The notes under the pieces: model-generated | Seen by the model: the letters and a program-made list of their open reading frames with translations, nothing else | What the model was told of the DNA's origin: nothing | The model's database searches: none | Shown: piece after piece, positions 51,601 through 61,709 of the stretch | Layout: each line of letters opens with the position of its first letter | Numbering within the stretch: position 1 is the first letter of the stretch | Assembly (NCBI RefSeq): GCF_018977255.1 | Contig: NW_024704892.1 | Span: 1 to 64,000, forward strand | DNA length: 64,000 nucleotides | Direction: 5' to 3' | Source of the DNA: Callorhinchus milii | Taxonomy: Eukaryota | Position numbers and translations under genes: made by a program

Positions 51601-54600
51601 ATCTTTGTTCACCTTGCAGTAAAGACTGGTGCGACTTTACTTACCTGTCACACTTGGTGTCCCGGTAAAGACTCTGTCGTGAGTTGGTTTAGGTAAATCT
51701 ATGCTGGGAGGAGGAGAGCTAGAAGTTGGAGGAGGAAAGTCCGTGCTCTGCGGAAGGGCAGCTGGATCTGAAAGACCTGAATTGGGAATCAATTATAGGA
51801 TTTGAAGTAACAGAAGAACTTTGTTCGGAGCCACCATCAAAATCACAGCCCCTAACTGGCAGCCCAATGAAACTGACCTGGCTTTGAGCGGGAGGTGGGC
51901 TGGGTTGCTGATCTCTGTGATGGGGTGAAGGTGTCTCTGGCGGCTGTGGATGGGGTGGGTTCAGGAGCGGCAGTGGGCGTAGCTCTTGCTGTATTTTCCT
52001 CTGTAACTAAAAATGTGCGGGTTAATATCCCTCGTAATCTGTTGGCTAAAAATGCACCCGCTGCAAGATTAACCCTGCAGCCCAAACTCTGTCTAACGGC
52101 GAGGGTGGTCCTCGCTGGATAAGCAGTGGGAATGTTTACCAGACAGCGCTTTCAGCGGCATACTATGCAGGTTTCGCTGCTTAGGCTCCAGCAGTTTCCA
52201 CACCAGAAATTTTGGGGTCCTCAAACCTTGGCACTTGCCAACTTGCGCGTCTCTCTTGAATTATGTAAGCAGGATGTGTCCCTCGAGGGAGAGAGTGCGA
52301 GAGAGCGCTTTCCATTCTCATAATCTATCCCTATGAATTCCATGTTTTGTTGGGCTCCATGGAAATCTCAGTTGGATTTAGATACACTTAAGCACGGTGT
52401 TGGGTTTCGATTTGTGTCAGAAACCCGGTTGATCACGATGATGGTTTCAAGGGCGGGTTATGGCCGAACGTTTGGCAAGTTTCCTCACTGAACACACACA
52501 GGCACACACATCTTTGTTCACCTTGCAGTAAAGACTGTTGCGACTTTACTTACCTGTCACTCTTGGTGTCCCGGTAAAGACTCTGTCGTGAGTTGGTTTA
52601 GGTACATCTATGCTGGGAGGAGGAGAGCTAGAAGTTGGAGGAGGAGAGTCCGTGCTCTGCGGAAGGGCAGCTGGATCTGAAAGACCTGAATTGGGAATCA
52701 ATTATAGGATTTGAAGTAACAGAAGAACTTTGTTCGGAGCCACCATCAAAATCACAGCCCCTAACTGGCAGCCCAATGAAACTGACGTGGCTTTGAGCGG
52801 GAGGTGGGCTGGGTTGCTGATCTCTGTGATGGGGTGAAGGTGTCTCTGGCAGCTGTGGATGGGTTGGGTTCAGGAGCGGCAGTGGGCGTAGCTCTTGCTG
52901 TATTTTCCTCTGTAACTAAAAATGTGGGAGTTAATGTCCCTCGTAATCTGTTGGCTAAAAATGCACCCGCTGCAAGATTAACCCTGCAGCCCAAACACTG
53001 TCTAACGGCGAGGGTGGTCCTCGCTGGATAAGCAGTGTGAATGTTTACAAGACAGAGCTTACAGCGGCATACTATGCAGTTTTCGCTGCTTAGGCTCCAG
53101 CAGTTTCGCTACAGAGATTTTGGGGTCCTCAAATCTTGGCACTTGCCAACTTGCGTCTCTCTCTTGAATTATGTAAGCAGGATGTGTCCCTCGAGGGAGA
53201 GATTGCGAGAGAGCGCTTTCCATTCTAATAATCTATCCCTATGATTTCCATGTGTAGTTGGGCTGCATGAAAATCTCAGTTGGATTTCGATACACTTAAG
53301 CACGGTGGTGGGTTTCGATTTGTGTCAGAAACCCGGTTGATTACGATGATGGCTTTCCGTGTGTCAGACACCCGGCTGGTCAGGGTGATGAGTTTCCACG
53401 TGTGTCAGACACCCGGCTGTCCAAAATAAACATATATGTCTGTAAATATATAATTATATATACATATGTATATATATACATATGATTGTAATGCTTAAAC
53501 GTTGAGCACTTGGAAATTCATAACAAAATCGTTGTTATTTTATTAATTATTATTATTATCATGACAGCTGGGGAATTCCTAAGGGCTGCTGGAAATTTTC
53601 CCAGCATTTTCATGTGAGACAAATGCCCGGCACTTACGAGGAGTTTCATCAAACTTGGAGTCTTCCTGTGTTGACCAATGGGATATATCTGCTGAGTGGA
53701 GGCTTGTACTGTCTGTGTGAGACGCGGGAGTCTCGCTTGGAGTCGCCGATGGCTGTGGATCTGTGGAGACAGAAGAACGGTTACCATGTGCGGCTCCAAA
53801 TATTTGTGGTGGCCTATAGCTCAGTGGTTAGAGAACACGCCAGAGGACATGTGTTTGATTCAGGGGCGGGTTATGGCCAAACGTTGGGCAAGTTTCCTCA
53901 CTGAACACACACAGACACACACATCTCTGTTCACCTTGCAATAAAGACTGGTGCGCCTTTACTTACCTGTCACTCTTGGTGTCCCGGTAAAGACTCTGTC
54001 GTGAGTTGGTTTAGGTATATCTATGCTGGGAGGAGGAGAGCTGGTACTTGGAGGAGGAGAGTCCGTGCTCTGGGGAAGGGCAGCTGGATCTGAAAGACCT
54101 GAATTGGGAATCAATTCTAGGATTTGAAGTAACAGAAGAACTTTGTTCGGAGCCACCATCAAAATCACAGGCACTAACTGGCAGCCCAATGAAACTGACC
54201 TGGCTTTGAGCGGGAGGTGGGCTGGGTTGCTGATCTCTGTGATGGGGTGAAGGTGTCTCTGGCGGCTGTGGATGGGGTGGTTTCTGGAGCGGCAGTGGTC
54301 GTAGCTCTTGCTGTAATTTCCTCTGTAACTAAAAATGTGGGAGTTAATGTCCCTCGTAATCTGTTGGCTAAAAATGCACCCGCTGCAAGATTAACCCTGC
54401 AGCCCAAACTCTGTCTAACGGCGAGGGTGGTCCTCGCTGGATAAGCAGTGGGAATGTTTAGCAGACAGCGCTTTCAGCGGCATACTGTGCAGGTTTCGCT
54501 GCTTAGGCTCCAGCAGTTTCCCTACAGAGATTTTGGGGTCCTCAAATCTTGGCACTTGCCAACTTGCGTCTCTCTCTTGAATTATGTAAGCAGGATGTGT

Positions 54601-57146
54601 CCCTCGAGGGAGAGATTGCGAGAGAGCGCTTTCCATTCTAATAATCTATCCCTATGATTTCCATGTGTAGTTGGGCTGCATGAAAATCTCAGTTGGATTT
54701 CGATACACTTAAGCACGGTGGTGGGTTTCGATTTGTGTCAGAAACCCGGTTGATTACGATGATGGCTTTCCGTGTGTCAGACACCCGGCTGGTCAGGGTG
54801 ATGAGTTTCCACGTGTGTCAGACACCCGGCTGTCCAAAATAAACATATATTTCTGTAAATATATAATTATATATACATATGTATATATATACATATGATT
54901 GTAATGCTTAAACGTTGAGCACTTGGAAATTCATAACAAAATCGTTGTTATTTTATTAATTATTATTATTATCATGACAGCTGGGGAATTCCTAAGGGCT
55001 GCTGGAAATTTTCCCAGCATTTTCATGTGAGACAAATGCCCGGCACTTACGAGGAGTTTCATCAAACTTGGAGTCTTCCTGTGTTGACCAATGGGATATA
55101 TCTGCTGAGTGGAGGCTTGTACTGTCTGTGTGAGACGCGGGAGTCTCGCTTGGAGTCGCCGATGGCTGTGGATCTGTGGAGACAGAAGAACGGTTACCAT
55201 GTGCGGCTCCAAATATTTGTGGAGGCCTATAGCTCAGTGGTTAGAGAACACGCCAGAGGACATGTGTTCGATTCAGGGGCGGGTTATGGCCAAACGTTGG
55301 GCAAGTTTCCTCACTGAACACACACAGACACACACATCTCTGTTCACCTTGCAATAAAGACTGGTGCGCCTTTACTTACCTGTCACTCTTGGTGTCCCGG
55401 TAAAGACTCTGTCGTGAGTTGGTTTAGGTATATCTATGCTGGGAGGAGGAGAGCTGGTATTTGGAGGAGGTGAGTCCGTGCTCTGGGGAAGGGCAGCTGG
55501 ATCTGAAAGACCTGAATTGGGAATCAATTATAGGATTTGAAGTAACAGAAGAACTTTGTTCGGAGCCACCATCAAAATCACAGCCCCTAACTGGCAGCCC
55601 AATGAAACTGACCTGGCTTTGAGCGGGAGGTGGGCTGGGTTGCTGATCTCTGTGATGGGGTGAAGGTGTCTCTGGCGGCTGTGGATGGGGTGGTTTCAGG
55701 AGCGGCAGTGGTCGTAGCTCTTGCTGTAATTTCCTCTGTAACTAAAAATGTGGGAGTTAATGTCCCTCGTAATCTGTTGGCTAAAAATGCACCCGCTGCA
55801 AGATTAACCCTGCAGCCCAAACTCTGTCTAACGGCGAGGGTGGTCCTCGCTGGATAAGCAGTGGGAATGTTTACCAGACAGCGCTTTCAGCGGCATACTG
55901 TGCAGGTTTCGCTGCTTAGGCTCCAGCAGTTTCCCTACAGAGATTTTGGGGTCCTCAAATCTTGGCACTTGCCAACTTGCGTCTCTCTCTTGAATTATGT
56001 AAGCAGGATGTGTCCCTCGAGGGAGAGATTGCGAGAGAGCGCTTTCCATTCTAATAATCTATCCCTATGATTTCCATGTGTAGTTGGGCTGCATGGAAAT
56101 CTCAGTTGGATTTCGATACACTTAAGCACGATGGTGGGTTTCGATTTGTGTCAGAAACCCGGTTGATCACGATGATGGCTTTCCGTGTCTCAGACACACG
56201 GCTGGTCAGCGTGATGAGTTTCCACGTGTGTCAGACACCCGGCTGTCCAAAATAAACATATATGTCTGTAAATATATATATATACATATGTATATACATA
56301 CATATGATTGTAATGCTTAAACGTTGAGCACTTGGAAATTCATGACAAAATCGTTGCTAATTTTAATAATTATTATTATTATCATGACAGCTGGGGAATT
56401 CCTAAGGGCTGCTGGAAATTTTCCCAGCATTTTCAAGTGAGACAAATTCCCGGCACTTACGAGGAGTTTCATCAAACTTGGAGGCTTCCTGTGTTGACCA
56501 ATGGGATATATCTGCTGAGTGGAGGCTTGTGGTGTCTGTGTGAGACGCGGGAGTCTCGCTTGGAGTCGCCGATGGCTGTGGATCTGTGGAGACAGAAGAA
56601 CGGTTACCATGTGCGGCTCCAAATATTTGTGGTGGCCTATAGCTCAGTGGTTAGAGAACACGCCAGAGGACATTTGTTCGATTCAGGGGCGGGATATGGC
56701 CAAACGTTGGGCAAGTTTCCTGACTGAACACACACAGACACACACACCTCTGTTCACCTTGCAGTAGAAATTGCTGCGCACTTACTTACCCGTCACACTT
56801 GGGTTCCTAGTAAAGACTCTCTGATGAGTTGCTTTAGGTGCAGCGATGCTGGGAGGAGGATAGCTGGAAAGTGGAGATGGAGTGTCCGTGCTCTGGGGGA
56901 GTGCAGGTGGAACTGAGAGACCAGAATTGGGAATAAAGGAGAGTTTTAAGTCACGGATGAACTATGTTCGGAGCCACCGTCAGAAACACAGCCCCTAAAG
57001 GGTAGCCCATGAACACTGACCTGGCTCTGAGCGGGAGGCGGGCTCGTTTGGTGGGCTCTGTGATGGGGTGAAAGTGCCTCTGGCCGCTTTGGATGGGGTG
57101 ATTTCAGGAGCTGCAGTGGACGGAAATGTTGTTGGTGTTTTTCTCT
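45604..57146 (-). CDS. Tandem array of symmetric mucin-like (P/T/S-rich) exons in 1.41 kb and 0.91 kb repeat units
   Basis: Type A (EEITARATTTAAPETTPSTAARDTFTPSQRSATQPTSRSKP): 57021-57146, 55613-55735, 54200-54322, 52787-52909, 51878-52000, 50968-51091, 49557-49679, 48648-48770, 47238-47360. Type B (DPAALPQSTDSPPPSTSSPPPSIDIPKPTHDRVFTGTPRVT): 56790-56912, 55380-55502, 53967-54089, 52554-52676, 51645-51767, 50735-50857, 49324-49446, 48415-48537, 47005-47127, 45604-45726. Type D (DPQPSATPSETPASHTDTTSLHSADISHWSTQEASKFDETP): 56461-56583, 55051-55173, 53638-53760, 50406-50528, 48086-48208, 46678-46800. All have cag| acceptors and GT donors, phase 1-1. Confidence 0.82.
46241..46345. repeat. (GA)n microsatellite
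   Basis: Direct reading. Confidence 0.95.
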
Positions 57147-57453
57147 CTGGAAATAAGCATGTGGAAGTTACTGGCCCTATACTGGGGCATTTCTAATGTA
57201 TTTCCGCACATTTACACACTGTAGTTACCAGCAATAATAACATACCAGGGTAACCTCTAGATTATCCTGTTGTACGTTATTCCCATCTGATGGACTACGA
57301 ATTTGGTTATAGTGCAGGTTAGAGGCAGAGCGAAGCTTCCTCTCTACACTGTCCTAGAACATCAATGACCCAACCCCACAACAACAGCCACCGCCACCGA
57401 TCCTACAGCTCAGATCACATCTCACTCCGTCATGTCAGCCACAAGCTCATTAC

Positions 57454-57834
57454 CTGCGTAACAGACGAAAGGGCCAGTTTGTTGACATCCAGTGTCATGC
57501 CATAAACCACCAGCACCATATCCACCGTTGATCACACGGACACATACTGAAATCTTTGTATACTCATTCGGCTCCACATATCCCCAGTGTGTATAATTGG
57601 CGTTGTCTCCATTTGACCATTTCCAGCCGGCCTCAGTCTGGTCATTATTGTACAGCCCGATCCAGACGTATTGACTTCCAAGAAACAGAGGATCAATGAG
57701 CCTCTTCTCCTCTGGACTCCGGATGCTGACGAGTTCCATGTAGTGATTGCGGCAGTGATCCCGGGCTTCAGTCCAGGTTCTGTCCTTGTTGATCCTGTGA
57801 TACTCTCTGTCCGGGGATTGGATGGTCTGTACAG
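57454..57834 (-). CDS. C-type lectin domain exon (381 nt, phase 1-1)
   Basis: [43 protein letters not shown]...VWIGL...WKWSNG...[11 protein letters not shown]...CV...LWHDTGC...PFVCYA; four conserved Cys, WIGL, EPN, WHD; ctcttcccag| acceptor and |gtaatg donor. Confidence 0.93.
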
Positions 57835-58164
57835 CTGGGAAGAGGAGAGAATATCAGTCATTTTATTGGTTGGAGCAAATGATAGGAAGGTGAGGATCAG
57901 TGGCAATTGGTCACCAGCTAACCATCCCATCCCCAACCCCTCTTCCTACAGTCCCCACCGCCACACTCTCCCCCCCATTCGCCCCACACGCACCACCTCA
58001 AACATTCCCTCCCCACCTAACCACAGACTTCCTCCCACCCCCGACAAACTTCCCTCAACCCCACATGTGCCCCCACCACAATGCAACCCCCACTCTCCCC
58101 CATCCCACACCCTGCCCCACACATTCCCCTCCATACTCCCCCGCCCCGTATTCCCTTCCACCTG

Positions 58165-59465
58165 TTTGTGTGTGAGTGACTGTGTGGATGAATGGCTGTG
58201 AGAGTGACTATGTGTGTGAGTGACTTTGTCTTTGAATGAGTGAGCGAGTGAGTGGTTGACTGTGCGAATGACTCTGTGAGTGACTGTGTGAGTGAGTCAG
58301 TGACTGTGTGTGTGAGTGATTGCCCCAGGGAGTGAGTGAGTGAGTGAGTCAGCGAGTGAGTGACTATGTGAGTGACAGTGTGAATGAGTGATTCAGTGAA
58401 AGTATGAGTGAGTGAGTGAGTGAGTGAGCGAGTGAGTGAGCAAGCGAGTGAGTGAGTGACTCTATGAGTGACTGTGTGAGTAAATGATTATTTGTTACTG
58501 TCTGTTATTGTGAGTGACGGTGGGTTTGTGAGTGAATATGAATAACTGTATGTGGGACTGTAAGTGACTGTTTGAGTGAGTGAGTGTATGAATGGCTGTT
58601 TGAGTGGCTGTGTGAGTGAATGTGTGAGTCAATTTCTGTGTCAGTGACTGTGCGGGTGAGGGTGAGTGAGTGACATTGCAGTGAGTAAATGTTAGTGAAT
58701 TTCTGTGTGACTGACTGTATTTGTGAGTGACTGTGTGAGTGATGGTGAGTGAGTGACTCTGTAGTGAGTGACTGTGAGTAAGTGTCTGTGTGAATGAGTG
58801 GCTGCGTGAGTAACCGTGTGAGTGAAGGTTAGTGAGTGCCTGTGTGAGAGAGTAACGCTGAGTGAGTGTCTGCAGTGACTGAGTGAGTGAGTGAGTGACT
58901 GTAAGTGAGTGACTGTGTGTTTGAATGACTTTGTGTGAGTTAATTCGTGAGCGAATGACTGTGTGTGTGACTGTGAATAACTTTGTGAGTGACTTTGTGT
59001 CTGACTGTGTGTGAACAACTGTGTGTTGAATACACTGCGCGAGGAGTGAATGTGTGAGTGAGGGTGAGTGATTGAATGTGTGAGTGATTGCGAGACGCTG
59101 AGTGAGTGACTGTAGTAAGTGAGTAAATTTGAGTGAATGTGAGTAAGTGACCATGTGAGTAATTGTGAACGTGTGATTGATTGTGAGTGAGTGAATGTAT
59201 GAGTGACTGAATAAGCGACTGCCTGTGTGTGATGATTTGACTGAGTGAGTCATTGTGTGAGTAAGTGTGTGAGTAAGTGTCTGAGTGACTGTGCGTTTGT
59301 GAGTGATTGCGTGTGTGTGTGAGAGACTGTGTGTGCGATTGATTGAGTGAGTGCATCAGTGTGTCAGTAAGTGCGTGAGTTAGTGTCTGAGTGACTGTGA
59401 GTTTGTGAGTGACTGTGTGTGTGTGAGTGACTGTTTGTGTGAGAGCGACTGCGTGTTTGTGAGTT
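58165..59465. repeat. Degenerate (GAGT/GACT/GT)n simple-sequence tract
   Basis: Direct reading; source of the spurious His/Thr/Ser-rich ORFs. Confidence 0.92.
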
Positions 59466-59497
59466 ACTGGGTGAGGGTCAGAAATGTCAGGACCAGA

Positions 59498-59790
59498 CCT
59501 GGGGACAGATGTTCTGTGCATGTGGGTGGGGCAGATATGATAAGTGTGTGGGGAATGCGGACAGATGTGCTGTCGTGGGTTGTGGACAGATGTGCTGTGT
59601 GTTAGGATGGGGAGAGATGTGCTGTTTGGGTGTTGGAGACAGATTTTCTCTGTGTGGGGGTGGGGACAGATGTGCTGTGTGGAGGGTTTGGGACCAATGT
59701 GCTGCGTGTGAGTGTGTGGACAGAAGCGCTGTGTGTGGAGGTGGGGACAGCTGTGCGGTGCTGTTGTTGTGGGGATAAATGTAGTGTGTG
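59498..59790. repeat. Degenerate ~25-30 bp repeat
   Basis: Recurring gggacagatgtgctgtgtg core. Confidence 0.8.
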
Positions 59791-59832
59791 CGGTTTAAAT
59801 ATGGAATGTCAGTGAGCAGGGAATTGAAGGAC

Positions 59833-59872
59833 CTGGAAATAGCAGCAACAGCAGAAGGAACAGGTCCTTCAT
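59833..59872 (-). CDS. Signal-peptide exon of the lectin-mucin gene (exon 59833-59906)
   Basis: acaATG context, MKDLFLLLLLLFP, ends in phase 1 and joins the CTLD exon in frame; acceptor gtgttacag|; donor |gtcctt is weak. Confidence 0.75.
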
Positions 59873-59954
59873 TGTGACTTGGGTGTTCGACACCAAAAAA
59901 CAGCATCTGTAACACAGGAGGCAATATTACTGAGCACAGAGACTGGGAGAGTGA

Positions 59955-60153
59955 CTCGACTCTCTTCCCCCTCCTCGCTCCCTCCCTTCCCTCACCCTGA
60001 CCATTTCTCCCCTCCTTGCTCCCTCCCTTCCCCCCCCTCACCCTGACCATTTCCCCCCTGCTCGGGTCATGACCCAACTGTGCAGCGACTTGGGACGTCC
60101 TCCTGACGTGAAAGGCGCTTTATAAATGGAATCTTGTTGTTGTTGTTGTTGTT
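59955..60153 (+). mobile_element. Short L2 3' terminus
   Basis: Same 3' UTR and (ttg)n tail as 18820-18969, with two copies of the 40-bp motif. Confidence 0.9.
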
Positions 60154-61149
60154 GAGTGGCAGCGAGAGAGAGAAAGAGAGAGAGCGAAAGGGAGAGAGAG
60201 GAAAACAGAGATAGAGAGAAGAGTGAGTGACAGACAGGGTGACAAAGGGTGAGAAAGGGAGAGTGTGAGTGACATAGACGGAGAGTGTAAGACAGTGTGG
60301 GAGACAAGGAGAGAAAGAGAAAGAGAGAGAACGTGGCAGTGAATGAAAGAGAGATGACAGAATGTGGGCAATGAGGTTTGCCTTGAGATGGGTTTGTAAT
60401 TGCAGGTGTAAATAAATTGCCTCAGAACTATTTTCAGTTTTTACTATCAAGGGCATTGACTTGAGACAAACACAACATCAAGTTGTACACAGCAACAACA
60501 ACAACACATTGCCTACGTAAAGCGCCTTTCATGTGGGGAGGACGTGTTAAGGCGGTGGATACAATAAAATCCCCACACACACAAATACGAGGTAAATTAG
60601 CAATTGATTTGGAGGATTGTTGGCTTGGAAATTTTATTGAAATTATCTTTCCCAATTGGGCTGCAGGATGTTCAGTGTCCACCTGAACAGACAGACAGCA
60701 GCTCCGTCTAACTCCACACGTGAAGGACAGGATCATTATCAATGCCGCCCTCACCGCATACCATCACTTGAATGGCAGCAAGACTGGGAGCTCAAAGCCT
60801 CCCATAGAGGGCTTGAACTCACATCCCTGTCTGTCTCTCTCAATCTAACACCAGAGCCATTTGACTTGTTTCTCTGGTAAGTATCCCAAACCGGAGGCAT
60901 GAACAACAACACCAGCAGCAGATCAGACTGAGGGAGACGAGTGGTAAAACATTTGTTTTTACACAGAGGGATATCAGGACAATATCAGAACACACTGTGC
61001 AGTGAATTGATTGTATATTTTATGGGCGTCACCTCACAGACTCACCCTCTAGACGTCCCGTGGCTCCTCCGTCCTGAGGCCAGTGTGGCTGCTCCTGCGG
61101 AAGAGGTGAGATACCCGGCAACGACAGCTCTCCGGCTATAAACACGGAC

Positions 61150-61515
61150 TCCAACAGTCTGTTTCCTCTTAACCAAATCATCAGCAGTTGTTTCCTGGAG
61201 CGACACTCAGAGCCTTTGTTCTTGTTCGGCCCGCCCCACATTAGATAAGCATCGGCGGTGATGCCTTCAGCCTTTCTGCCCCCAGCCTCTGGAATTCCAT
61301 CCCATAGTCCATCGGCCTCACTTACTCGCTCTGCGGCCTGTTTCGATGCGCGAAACAAGACCATCCTCTTCGTCCAAGCCTTCGGTCACCCTCTTACCTA
61401 CTCCCTCCTCGCCATCCACGCCCTCCTGATGCCAAAGCCCAGCTGAGTTCCGAATCCTTGACTACCTAGAGCATTCGGACGTCCTCCAGACGAGAAAGTC
61501 TCTTTGTAAACTGAC
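61150..61515 (+). mobile_element. Degenerate L2 3' fragment
   Basis: atcggcggtgatgccttcagcctttctgccccagcctctggaattccatccc and tail ggacgtcctccagacgagaaag. Confidence 0.7.
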
Positions 61516-61709
61516 TGTAAGAGAAAATCTTGCAAATAGTGACCATAATATCATTCAATTTCATAGAGAATTTGAGAGGGAGGAGAGTCGCAATCCGGGA
61601 TTTAAAAATTCTGTTAAACTTCGAAGGGATGAGAAATAAACGAGCAACAACAACAACAAGATTACATTGGTATAGCGCCTTTCACTTCGGGAGGACTGCA
61701 GTAACCTTG

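Noticed and set aside
46618-56767. Repeated 60-130 aa ORFs on both strands as a tandem multigene family
   Set aside because: They are off-frame, antisense or intron-extended readings of the 123-nt exons; splice sites and phase explain the pattern better
58495-59521. Long His/Thr/Ser-rich ORFs as additional mucin exons
   Set aside because: Translation of GAGT/GT simple repeats in the intron between the signal and CTLD exons; open in several frames without clear splice sites
60434-60754. MRAALIMILSFT as the lectin signal peptide
   Set aside because: It starts at GTG inside old SINE-like sequence; the exon at 59833-59872 has a true ATG and correct phase
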